Positions 1 through 12,591 of a stretch of 64,000 nucleotides of DNA are shown here, in pieces. Made by a program: the position numbers and the translations under genes. How positions within the stretch are numbered: position 1 is the first letter of the stretch; each line of letters opens with the position of its first letter. The DNA is from Cyanophora paradoxa CCMP329 (Eukaryota; Plantae; Glaucophyta). Location of the stretch: assembly GCA_004431415.1 (NCBI GenBank), contig QPMI01000468.1, positions 1-64,000 of the forward strand. The letters run 5' to 3'. The notes below the pieces were generated by a model that saw only the letters and a list, made by a program, of their open reading frames with translations, ran no database searches and was not told the DNA's origin.

Positions 1-2530
1 AGGTAGCTCTACTCGCGCGCCTTAACGGCGGGGCGACCGGGACGCAGCGGCGGCCATCTATAGCTTCGTGCGCGCCTCCCGCATTCACCCCGCGCCCCCG
101 CGACAAGCCGAGCGCAGTCGACCCGCCTCGCAGGCGCAGTGCTAGCGGCGGACCATCTCTACTTGGTGCGGCCTCCAAGCACTTCGGCGCCGCGCCTCGC
201 GCGACGGCGGGGCAGGGTCTCGACTCACGACGCCCGCGCGGCGGGCGGCCGGAACGCAGCGGCGGCCATCTCTTGCTTGGTGCGCGCTCCCGACCTTCAG
301 CGCCGCGCCTCGCGACGGGGCGCGCAGGATCTCGACTCACGACGCCCGCGCGGCGGCGGCCGGAACGCAGCGGCGCACATCTCTCGCTTGGTGCCCGCCT
401 CCCCGCACTTCGACACCGCGCCTCGCGCGACGGGGCGGACGCAGGGTCTCGACTCACGACGCCCGCGCGCGGGCGGCCGGAACGCAGCGCGGCCCATCTC
501 TTGCTTGGTGCGCGCCTCCCCGACCTTCAGCGCCGCGCCCGCGCGACAAGGTGACGCAGGCGACCCAACTCGCGGCGCCTTCGCGTCAGGCCGTGGCGGC
601 CGGGTGCAGCGCGCCCATGTCTCGCTTGGTGCGTTCCTCCCGCCCTTCCCCTCCGCGCCCCGTGCGACCGACGGGCGCAGGTCGCTCGCTCGCGGCGCCT
701 TCCGGCGGCGCGGCGGACGCAGCGGGTGCCTACTGTGCTCTCCGCTCCGTGCCTCGCGCGACGGGGCGGCGCAGGGAGGTGACTCGCAGCGTCCTCGCGG
801 CGCGCGGCCGGACATAGCGCGATCATCTCTCGCTTCGGCGCACCTACCGCCCTTCGACGCAGCCCCGTGCGACTAGGTGAGCGCAGGCAACCCAACTCGA
901 GCGCCTTCGCGACTGGACCGGGACGCCGAGGATAGCAATTGAGAACAAAAATCCCAAGCTAGAGTGCGTCGGCGCGTCACAGAGGCCAAGTCCGCAGCTG
1001 CAAGCAGAGGCCAAGCCCTGAAGTTCGCAGCTGCAAGCACGGCAGCGGGCCACAGCCCTGGCGGCGTCTAGATAGATACATAGATTCCTTGCGGGCGCAC
1101 ACGTTGATTGTTTAGCAGAGGATAAATAACTACCAGTTCATTACCTAGGACATGGACTACGTAGGCCGCCCGAAGAGAAAATGACCGGCGACAACGGCCA
1201 AATGGTTCGGCGGAAGCTGGATATCGGTACCCGAAGATCTAGACCAGCCGTCCGGAACGGCTGCTCACATCGCATAGACCCTGGTTCGAATCCAGGAGTG
1301 GGTCTTATTCGCCATCTTGCTTTCAGTCCACGGTACGAAGTTCGTTAGCTAGACATGGACTAGAATATAGTAGCCGCCTGGAGCGCAGCGCGGTCATCTC
1401 TCGCATGGTGCGCGCTCCCAACCTTCGCCACCGCGCCCCGCGCGACAAGCAGAGCGCAGGCAACCCCACTCGCAGGGCGCAGCGCAGCCATCTCTTACTT
1501 GGTGCGGGCCTCCCCGCACTGCGGCGCCGCGCCTCGCGCGACGGAGCGGGCGCATGGATCTCGACTCAAGACGCCCGCGCGGCATGGCGGCCGGAACGCA
1601 GCGGCGGACCATCTCTCGCTTGGTGCGCGCCTCCCGCCCTTAAGCGCCGCGCCCCGCGCGACGAGGTGAGGCAGGCGACCCGACCCGCAGCGCCTTCGCG
1701 CCAGGGCCGGGCGCCCGGGTGCAGCGGCGGGCCATGTCTCGCTTGGTGCGAACCTCCCCGCCCTTCCCAGCCGCGCCCTGCGCGACGGAGCGGCGCAGTA
1801 GCTCTACTCGCGGTGCCTTCGCGCGGGGGCGACCGGGACGCAGCGCGGCCCATCTATAGCTTCGTGCGCGCCTCCCGCCATTCACCGCCGCGCCCCGCGC
1901 GACAAGCCGAGCGCAGTCGACCCGCCTCGCAGGGCGCAGTGCTAGCGGCGGACCATCTCTTACTTGGTGCGGGCCTCCAAGCACTTCGGCGCCGCGCCTC
2001 GCGCGACGGAACGGGCGCAGGGATCTCGACTCACGACGCCCGCGCGGCGGGGCGGCCGGAACGCAGCGGCGGCCCATCTCTTGCTTAGTGCGCGCCTCCC
2101 CGACCTTCAGCGCCGCGCCCCGCGCGACGAGGTGAACGCAGGCGACCCAACTCGCGGCGCCTTCAATTCGCGTCAGGGCCGTGGCGGCCGGGGTGCAGCG
2201 GCGGCCCATGTCTCGCTTGGTGCGGCCCTCCCCGCCCTTCCACGCCGCGCCCTGTGCGACCGGACGGCGCAGGTAGCTCGCCTCACCGAGTCGCGGCGCC
2301 TTCGCGCGGGCGCGGCCCGGACGCAGCGGTGCATACTGTGCTCTCCGCGTCCACGCCTCGCGCGACGGGGCGGGCACAGGAGGTGAACTCGCAGCGTCCT
2401 CGCGCCGGCGGCGGCCGGGGCATAGCGGCGGCTCATCTCTCGCTTCGTGCGCACCTCCCGCCCTTCGACGCCGCGCCCGCGCGACTAGGTGAGCGCAGGC
2501 AACCCAACTCGAGGCGCTTTCGCGGCTGGA
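1..2530. repeat. Host GC-rich satellite, degenerate ~120-bp unit, interrupted at ~920-1380
   Basis: Recurring 'gcagcggcggccatctc(t)cgcttggtgcgcgcctccc...cgcgcgac' units ~110-125 bp apart. Block 1-910 resembles 1797-2530. Overlapping ORFs are low-complexity R/A/G/P translations. Confidence 0.85.
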
Positions 2531-2936
2531 CCGGGACGGCCGGACTATCCGCACCGGCCACCCCCACAGGCCCGCCCAGCGGCCGCCCGCCCCACCCAGC
2601 GTCCGCCCTGCCCCGTGGCCGCCCTGACCCGCCCCGCCCCGCCCCGCCCCGCCACGCCCCGCCCCGCGGCGACAAACTAAATTGTACGAATACAAGTGTA
2701 ATACTAGCTGGCTTCTCAGAAGTGAGAGCAGCGCCGCGGCGCTGGCAGTCATGCAGCCACAGACCTTAAGCTTCCAGAAGTTTAGTCCGACGAAAAAATA
2801 GTGGAGGGCATCACACCTGCCGCAATGAAAACATCATCCAAGGATAACAGGAAAGTAGACATATACCGCTATAGGCAGGACGAACATGCAGAAAAGTCCA
2901 ACGCAGGAACTTGGTCCGTGGACTTCATAACTTGCT

Positions 2937-5900
2937 CCTCCATCAGAGCGATGGAAGTCTTGCGTTTGCGCGAAATAAAGGTGTGGTTCGATCTTGATAT
3001 CGTCATGACCTTCGTCATCTCCTCAACGCTGAAGTTCGCAATATCGAGGGCAATCCAATCGACTGCAGCAGGCCAGACAGGCGAGCTCATGCCAATATCA
3101 AGCTCCTCCAAAGTAGCTTCGAAGCAGACACAAACCCAATCGCCGCAATTAATCACTCCAGTCTGCAGCTTGAAGCCAGGTGGAACTGCAAGAGTGCAGA
3201 TATAATCTGGGAAAAGACGATGTAGCTCTACCTCTAGCTCTTCCGGCATGCCGTCTCCTTTCGAATCGAACCAGCGAATTTGCTTCAACTCCTTCATTAC
3301 GGACATCAGGCAAAAATGCTCTCCAAATCCGCGGGGATCAACGTTGTCCCCTGTAGTAACAGGACACGAAAAGCACACAGCACTACCACCATTCAACATA
3401 AGGTTCGCCGCTCTATCTGGAGTACTCAGGCTGCGTAGAGACTGCAGGAGCAGCTGCTCGTGCATCGGGTACGCGAGCATCACGCGCTGAAGCAAGTGAT
3501 TGTACTTCTTGGACTTGAGAGCCCCAGATGTCGTGCAGGCAACGTGAACGTCCTGCGCGTCTCATGTCAGCACACGAAGCTAGAAAAACCATAACCAACG
3601 CAATCATTACGCTTTCACGTTAGCCAATCCTTGGAGGATGGGACTGTCTGTTCTGAATGCGGCCGGCTGATCGTCCTCTGCCGCGCTTGATTCCCCTTGC
3701 CGCGCTTCCCAATTGGAGTTCCACGCGCATTCTCCATCCCCTAGGCAAACGTGCGTCAAGAATAAAGACACCCAGCGGCAGACGCAAAAAGGGACACACG
3801 TCAACATGCTCGTCAGTTGCCCGTAGCCCTCAGCCGGAACAGAGACGGCAGCCTCGCGTCCGGCCGAGTTCAAACAGATGAGCTACGGCTCGGCGATCAG
3901 ATCACTTTGACGAAAGTGCTTGAAACCGCTACGGTTACACACCTTCTCTTGGAGGCATCACACGGCAGGGACAATACGGCAGATGGTGAAGAAGCGCCCG
4001 CCCGATCGCATCAACCAGCAGCGGCTCAAAAACGGACAACGAGCGCCGAACAGTGACAAGGAGGCCGGTGAACGAAGTGCCGGGTACACAGATAATCAAG
4101 TCGGTTCCCGCATTCGCGTATACATACGTATACGCGTGAGCTCATTGCAGCATTCAGCGTGTCTGCATGCCGTAGATGCCGCACGAGACAAACGACCGTT
4201 CATTGCCCGGATGGAAGCAGGATAGCGGCACCACCCATCGAACGCGAGGCGGGACGCGGAAAGCACAGTAGGCACTCGAACAACGAGGCAGGGACCCGGA
4301 GGGCGAACCAGAGGCAACCAGCTAACGTCACTGGATGCAAAAGTCCCTAAATTCAGCGAACTGCTGTACACGAGCACATACAGACGCTCAATCACGTCCA
4401 TTCAATGGACAGCATATAAAAACAAGCCCAGTTCAGGAAGTGGGGAAGAAAGAGGACAGTCGATGCACTCCTGAACCCTATGTATGACCTATACAGGGGG
4501 CACTGCCCCTGACGGCGACGAACTTGTTCGACCGGTAGAAGATTGTAATCCGAAAGGTTCACGTAGAGTCGCGCAATCTACCAGATACACACAGTGAGAA
4601 TATCCATGGCAAGGCAACATCAGCGAACGAGGCACGTTATTATCGCGAGAGCGCCGTGACACACCCGTCCGTTCTCGCGGAAGGTTAACAGGTTCCGGTC
4701 GACGTCGGCTGCGATCAGTATCGCTATCTGCACGAGTTCAATTACAGCCACATTGCACGCCCCGACTACATCAGCCAAGGCAATTATGCACCTTGGTAAG
4801 CGACTGGGCTCTGTCGATGCGCTTGAGAACCTTCTCGTTGAAAGCAGCACCATGCATGAGTGCCCTTACATAGTGCACAGTATGCTTGCCGATTTTCTCC
4901 TCGGTGAGCATCACGAATTTCTGCAAATCAGCCCCGTGTCAAAGAAGAAGCGAAAGCAATGCACGTGAGCCACACTAACTTGGTAGACGTTGCTTGCGTC
5001 GCTCGACCGGTCCACCCACATGAACATAGTGCCAAGAGTGGAAGCAGCTCGCTCGAGACGGTATTGCGACAGTAGGCAGGACCCGCAACACCGCTCAGAG
5101 ATCCACCACAGCAGCTGCCGGTTAATCAACAATGCATATCCTAGGGAGGGAATGCATATTCTAGATAGCGAATAGAGAGGTTACTAACCTCGCAATAGCG
5201 GAGAACCTCATCAGACAAAAGTGCCAGTCGCCGGATCAGGCACTCTACCTTAATGAACAAGTGATCCCATACACAGCAGCGCTTGCTTTCGGTCGCGTCG
5301 GTGTCCCTGATAAGCTTGAATGCGGCCTGCACGCTCTAAGTCAGCAACTAGTAACGCGCCACGCGAAAGACAGAGCAAGCAGCTTCCCCGCGCCTCAGCC
5401 CAATACGTAGCACCGGAGATATCCCCCTGCTCCAGCCGGGACAGCGCCAGGGTATAATGAAGAACGGGGTACGACGGAATGCTTGAATTCAGCTTGAGGA
5501 TCGTCTGCTGAAAGGACATGCCAACCTGCAAGGTTCAGGCGATCAACAGAGAACGAGGGGGACGAATGCGCAAATAACAGGCACAAAAAACCCACCAGTG
5601 CGACATTCCCCGCGCTCTTGAAGTTGTACCGCGTTAGCTGGACCTCAGCCAGAAACTGGCAATGTTCATAGATTTGACCAGGATCAAGGGCCATCCGGGC
5701 GGCGGAATCAGCACTTGCAAACTCCGTCAACTCGCTCTGTGACATCAGAGAGGCAGGTATCATGATATGGCTGGCCGCAGATCTATGAAAAGGCAATCGT
5801 ACATGCACCTCCATCAGAGCGATGGAAGTCTTGCGTTTGCGCGAAATAAAGGTGTGGTTCGATCTTGATATCGTCATGACCTTCGTCATCTCCTCAACGC

Positions 5901-8683
5901 TGAAGTTCGCAATATCGAGGGCAATCCAATCGACTGCAGCAGGCCAGACAGGCGAGCTCATGCCAATATCAAGCTCCTCCAAAGTAGCTTCGAAGCAGAC
6001 ACAAACCCAATCGCCGCAATTAATCACTCCAGTCTGCAGCTTGAAGCCAGGTGGAACTGCAAGAGTGCAGATATAATCTGGGAAAAGACGATGTAGCTCT
6101 ACCTCTAGCTCTTCCGGCATGCCGTCTCCTTTCGAATCGAACCAGCGAATTTGCTTCAACTCCTTCATTACGGACATCAGGCAAAAATGCTCTCCAAATC
6201 CGCGGGATCAACGTTGTCCCCTGTAGTAACAGGACACGAAAAGCACACAGCACTACCACCATTCAACATAAGGTTCGCCGCTCTATCTGGAGTACTCAGG
6301 CTGCGTAGAGACTGCAGGAGCAGCTGCTCGTGCATCGGGTACGCGAGCATCACGCGCTGAAGCAAGTGATTGTACTTCTTGGACTTGAGAGCCCCAGATG
6401 TCGTGCAGGCAACGTGAACGTCCTGCGCGTCTCATGTCAGCACACGAAGCTAGAAAAACCATAACCAACGCAATCATTACGCTTTCACCGTTAGCCAATC
6501 CTTGGAGGATGGGACTGTCTGTTCTGAATGCGGCCGGCTGATCGTCCTCTGCCGCGCTTGATTCCCCTTGCCGCGCTTCCCAATTGGAGTTCCACGCGCA
6601 TTCTCCATCCCCTAGGCAAACGTGCGTCAAGAATAAAGACACCCAGCGGCAGACGCAAAAAGGGACACACGTCAACATGCTCGTCAGTTGCCCCGTAGCC
6701 CTCAGCCGGAACAGAGACGGCAGCCTCGCGTCCGGCCGAGTTCAAAACAGATGAGCTACGGCTCGGCGATCAGATCACTTTGACGAAAGTGCTTGAAACC
6801 GCTACGGTTACACACCTTCTCTTGGGAGGCATCACACGGCAGGACAATACGGCAGATGGTGAAGAAGCGCCCGCCCGATCGCATCAACCAGCAGCGGCTC
6901 AAAAACGGACAACGAGCGCCGAACAGTGACAAGGAGGGCCGGTGAACGAAGTGCCGGGTACACAGATAATCAAGTCGGTTCCCCGCATTCGCGTATACAT
7001 ACGTATACGCGTGAGCTCATTGCAGCATTCAGCGTGTCTGCATGCCGTAGATGCCGCACGAGACAAACGACCGTTCATTGCCCGGATGGAAGCAGGATAG
7101 CGGCACCACCCATCGAACGCGAGGCGGGACGCGGAAAGCACAGTAGGCACTCGAACAACGAGGCAGGACCCGGAGGGCGAACCAGAGGCAACCAGCTAAC
7201 GTCACTGGATGCAAAAGTCCCTAAATTCAGCGAACTGCTGTACACGAGCACATACAGACGCTCAATCACGTCCATTCAATGGACAGCATATAAAAACAAG
7301 CCCAGTTCAGGGAAGTGGGGAAGAAAGAGGACAGTCGATGCACTCCTGAACCCTATGTATGACCTATACAGGGGGCACTGCCCCTGACGGCGACGAACTT
7401 GTTCGACCGGTAGAAGATTGTAATCCGAAAGGTTCACGTAGAGTCGCGCAATCTACCAGATACACACAGTGAGAATATCCATGGCAAGGCAACATCAGCG
7501 AACGAGGCACGTTATTATCGCGAGAGCGCCGTGACACACCCGTCCGTTCTCGCGGAAGGTTAACAGGTTCCGGTCGACGTCGGCTGCGATCAGTATCGCT
7601 ATCTGCACGAGTTCAATTACAGCCACATTGCACGCCCCGACTACATCAGCCAAGGCAATTATGCACCTTGGTAAGCGACTGGGCTCTGTCGATGCGCTTG
7701 AGAACCTTCTCGTTGAAAGCAGCACCATGCATGAGTGCCCTTACATAGTGCACAGTATGCTTGCCGATTTTCTCCTCGGTGAGCATCACGAATTTCTGCA
7801 AATCAGCCCCGTGTCAAAGAAGAAGCGAAAGCAATGCACGTGAGCCACACTAACTTGGTAGACGTTGCTTGCGTCGCTCGACCGGTCCACCCACATGAAC
7901 ATAGTGCCAAGAGTGGAAGCAGCTCGCTCGAGACGGTATTGCGACAGTAGGCAGGACCCGCAACACCGCTCAGAGATCCACCACAGCAGCTGCCGGTTAA
8001 TCAACAATGCATATCCTAGGGAGGGAATGCATATTCTAGATAGCGAATAGAGAGGTTACTAACCTCGCAATAGCGGAGAACCTCATCAGACAAAAGTGCC
8101 AGTCGCCGGATCAGGCACTCTACCTTAATGAACAAGTGATCCCATACACAGCAGCGCTTGCTTTCGGTCGCGTCGGTGTCCCTGATAAGCTTGAATGCGG
8201 CCTGCACGCTCTAAGTCAGCAACTAGTAACGCGCCACGCGAAAGACAGAGCAAGCAGCTTCCCCGCGCCTCAGCCCAATACGTAGCACCGGAGATATCCC
8301 CCTGCTCCAGCCGGGACAGCGCCAGGGTATAATGAAGAACGGGGTACGACGGAATGCTTGAATTCAGCTTGAGGATCGTCTGCTGAAAGGACATGCCAAC
8401 CTGCAAGGTTCAGGCGATCAACAGAGAACGAGGGGGACGAATGCGCAAATAACAGGCACAAAAAACCCACCAGTGCGACATTCCCCGCGCTCTTGAAGTT
8501 GTACCGCGTTAGCTGGACCTCAGCCAGAAACTGGCAATGTTCATAGATTTGACCAGGATCAAGGGCCATCCGGGCGGCGGAATCAGCACTTGCAAACTCC
8601 GTCAACTCGCTCTGTGACATCAGAGAGGCAGGTATCATGATATGGCTGGCCGCAGATCTATGAAAAGGCAATCGTACATGCAC
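2937..8683. repeat. Near-identical tandem duplication of a ~2.87-kb host segment (2937-5807 and 5808-8683)
   Basis: Identical ORFs offset by 2875 bp (4620/7495, 4753/7628, 5141/8016). Junction 'acatgca|cctccatcagagc' at 5807/5808. The differences I noticed are mostly single-base indels. Confidence 0.92.
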
Positions 8684-11600
8684 ACCTCATATCTCTGCCC
8701 CATTTCGTCGACATCGATATTCGCGAGATCGATGTTAGCGGCGGTGAGCATCCTAGAAATCCGCTGCAAATCAGTAACCACGCTCTCGATCAGGCCGTGC
8801 CATCTCCAAAGAGAGACGAACGGGCGGAATGCACCTGGTCCGCGGCAGCCAAAGCGATGACTTTCGCCCGATCCTCCGCTGAAAGGGCAGAGATACAAGT
8901 GACGGCGTGGCACAGTAAGAGGAGCGCAGAGTCGGCCACTGGCCACTCAACGACGCGGCTCTGATCATCGCGTGCGAGCACTAACTGCGGCACGAAATAC
9001 GTATACGATTACGGAGGAAACGCGCGCGTACGACGGCGCAAAACACTGACAGGACGAACCGCGCTCCGATACAGCCCGGCAACGAGGTCATCGACGGGTG
9101 TAGCGGCGCCTTCGGGGAACGTCTGCTGCAGGATGCGGCCCACGCAAGGGGCGCATTGAACGCCAGCCCCGGGCCGGCACCCACACAGCACGGGAACTGC
9201 CGGCACTTCCCGACTTGCCGGCCGTTCCGACGATGCCATCGATACCGGGAAAGCGATGGCAAGCGTCGGCGACACGCGCGCAACAGTTGAAGCGGCAGAG
9301 CACCTCAGCTGCAAGATGACAAGCGCAGAGGGGTATGTGGCGGACGGCAATGTGGATACGTATTTCTAATGAACCCGATGCGCGATCGCGAACGATCGCG
9401 ACCGCCGGCCAGCGATGCCGCCTGTTCACCACCAAGCCCAGTAAGAGGCTGCAGAACTTCACAATATCACCGTACCCTACCACAGTCAGCTGACAGAATC
9501 TATTAACACCTATTGATCGTCATAGTGACATCTCCGAATCTTTTAACAATAGGTCATTGTCATAATGACATCATAATGACATCACGGAATCTTTAACAGC
9601 GATCCATAGCATACCTAATACCCAAAACCTCGAGAGGAACCTCGATTTGTGGATCAAAAGTGGATACTAGAGCCTCTGGTCTCTTCTTCCCTTCGGTCAG
9701 AATTGAGACCAGAGGCTGACCTCTGGTCTCTTCTTCGCTTCGCTCAGAATTGAGACCAGAGGTTGATGGGCCGCGGCCCGCGGGGCTGAACCGGTATACA
9801 TACTAGTACTGGCCGCCGGACCGCGGCCCGGCGGGCCCGCTAGCGCGCGGCCCGGCTGAACCGGTGAAAAGCGGCCGCCGGGCCGCGGCAAGTTCACTAG
9901 CCTAGTACCGTAGCTGGCCCTGCTAGCCTGGCAGTGGCAAGTTGCTGGCAACTAGTATAAATTACGACCTGATGCCGTCAATAGGTGGGGGGTGGGGGGG
10001 GCTTGCCCCCCTGCTTGTCTAGATTCTAGAGACTTCCGAAGTTCGAGCAGGAAAAGGAACTCGGAACAAATTAAAGCCGCTGAGCCTCGGAGCTTGAGGA
10101 CTCCCGGGAAAAAAAACTTGAAATCGAGGCCATGCCAGGCGAGCTGTCTTCGAGGCCTACGCGAGCTCGAGCTCGAGACTAGGCCAGAGGTACTACGGTA
10201 GGTCGCAGGCCCCGGGCCCGGGCCGCGGGGCGCGCCGGCCGCGGCGCCGGCCCGGGGCGCCGGCTGCGGGCCCGCGGCCGGGGCGCGGCCCGCGGCCGGC
10301 GGGCGGGGGATGGTCATAGCTCGAGCTCATGCATGCGCATGCGCATATCAGTAGTTAGTATGATCACAAATCGAACCTTATATGCCTGCACGTGCACTTG
10401 ACTCGGGGAGGCGCGCGGCCGCGGCTTGCAATTGCCTAGAGGCTGGCCTCCGCGCGCGCGCGATCTGCATGCGCATGCGCGGGCAAAGCGCGCGCGATCT
10501 GCATGCGCTGTGGCGCCCAGCGTGCGCGGCTGGCGCGCGCGGCTAGCGACATGTACAGCTGCAGCAGACTGCCAAGCGCTGAGAGCGCTATCCGATCATC
10601 GGATCGCGAGCTGTGCGGGCCGGGAGTGAGCTCGAGAACTTCGGAAAGCGGCCGGGCGGGGCCGGCGGCGCGGGGGGAGGAAGTGGCAGGGGGGGGTCCG
10701 TAACTAGCACGCGGCGGCCTCGGCGCGGGCTCTGACTGCAGCTTGGCCGGCCGCCGGTTGGAAACGGGGTAGGTCGGTAGAGGTTTAGCCTAGCCAATAG
10801 CTAGTAGGAAGAAGGCAAAGTCAAATGCAGGAAGGGTTCGATTCCGGTCGTGTACGCGATTATACGGGTTCGGTATACAGCGGTCGGGGCAGCACGTTGT
10901 AGCACGAGCAATCGACCAACGCAGGGGATTCTGTTGCTTTCGCTCCAGGTGCGCTCCGGCAGGCTGGCACGTAGAAGAGTCACTTGAAGACGTACTGCAG
11001 GACGACGTCGACGCTGCACACGAAGTCATCAGATACGAAGAGCAGATGATGCAGAGCGAGCTTGCCTTGCGGCCCAGGGAGAGAAGATCCGCTACGAGAG
11101 CCTGCAGACAACCGCCCGCGATCGGTGTCTGAGCAGCGAGCTCGAGGTCATGATCAGAACCGTCGGCGGCCGCGCGCGGCGCGCAGCGCGCGAGCTCGCC
11201 TTCTAGAGGAGACGAAGAAGTAATAACGCTCGATGCGCTAGCAGATGACAGGCTGCGCTCTGCGCCCGAGCAGCCGAGTCAGAACCGTGGGTACCGGTGG
11301 CGGCGCGCGCGAGGCGCAGGAACTACCATCGGCGCCAGCTGTGCGGTCGGCACGCGAGCTCTCTTCATGCCTGCCTGTAGAAGAGATGGAATTCGCCACG
11401 CTCGGTACCCAAGTCCCAGTAGCGCACCTTCGCAGCATCGCGCACTCGGCTTCGCAGCTTCGCGCACCGTAACGCGGCGTTGCGGGTGCCTTCTTCCTGC
11501 AGCTGCACTGCCGAATATGCTGGTACAGGCTCTTCGGAAACTTGCAACGCTCTCCGCATCGCACACATTTCCCACCGGGAGCACAGCCCCGACTGTGTCC

Positions 11601-12288
11601 ACATTGCTTCGAGCACATCTCAAATTCGTCTACGTATACAGCTATGTCTGGTGGCAGCTCTGTTGCTCCACGCTGCCGCCCACGTTGAGAACGAGGGGGG
11701 GCGAAGTTTGCCAAGTTGGGCACTGCATCATTATATCGGCATTGGCCTCGCAGGAGCGCTTTTTTTCGGCGCCCGGTACAACAGGTACTTGAGGCGGCCT
11801 AGCGCGCCGCGCGCCGCTCCCCGACCCCTGGCAAAGGCTGGCATGTATGACATGCCATGTAGAGCATTCCAAGAGCATTCTGATGCACTTGGTCCGGTCG
11901 CTATACGACCACAGGATCGCGATATCGATCGGGTGCTGCAAGGGAAAGTCCGGGAAAGGGTCCGGTCCTTTTTTCCGCGCAGCATTCCGCTCTTTCCGGG
12001 TTCTGACAACGAATTCCGGGCTCTCATGCATGCAATAACAAAAAACGAGAGAGACCCCACCCAGATGGCCCACCCGGAAACTGCCACCCCCATCCCCTAA
12101 CACCTCTCTCGCTGCACCAGTCGTAACGTCTACCCCGCTATCCCTCCGACCCCGCTCTATCGTTACGTCTAGCACCACCCCGAGCAACGTCTACAGTTCT
12201 ATTCCGAAGGTGGAAGCCAAGCAATAGCTTACGTCTATTCAAGACAGTGCTGTCAAGTAGAAGAGACGAAGAGGAGCGCGGCCCCCCT

Positions 12289-12420
12289 TGAGCGCGGTCT
12301 GCAGAGCAACGGGGCAGAATAGGCTAGGCGATATTGATGTGTGCATCGAAGCTAACTGAGGAAACAGGTTGAGCTCTAGCTGGGAGTTAATTATGAGGAA
12401 ACGGGTGAGCTCTATCTAGC
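12289..12420 (+). repeat. Inner part of left TIR of element A (imperfect)
   Basis: Reverse-complement similarity to 63800-63997, including an exact 17-nt match tgagcgcggtctgcaga. Confidence 0.7.
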
Positions 12421-12486
12421 AATTAGCCTTAAAGGTTTCGCCCACACAATATACATATTAAAAGTGACCTAGATCTATCTGCAGAA

Positions 12487-12591
12487 ATGAGCACCACAGA
12501 GATTCAGCTGGAGGGCAAGTATGGATTGGGTAAGGTTATGTTAATTGATGCAAATATGAAGACTAAATTCGAGAACATCAAATGGATAGGG
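12487..12591 (+). pseudogene. 5' part (35 codons) of HNH endonuclease gene of element A, disrupted by insertion of element B
   Basis: ATG 12487 gives MSTTEIQLEGKYGLGKVMLIDANMKTKFENIKWIG, ending exactly at TSD ATAGGG. It resembles the N-terminus of HNH 30441-31163 (IALCGKHGEGKYALIDE) and continues in frame at 42662. Confidence 0.88.

Noticed and set aside
1270-1305. tRNA gene
   Set aside because: Only a T-arm/B-box is visible; no acceptor, D or anticodon arms could be assembled.
139-2769. Long ORFs on both strands
   Set aside because: Translations of a GC-rich satellite with no domain motifs.
2801-9483. Functional call for minus-strand host ORF fragments
   Set aside because: Possibly exons, but no recognisable domain or reliable splice model could be built by eye.
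11238-11723. ORF with C2H2-like CVRC..LYQHIRQC
   Set aside because: A single weak motif among overlapping GC-rich ORFs; not supportable as a gene.
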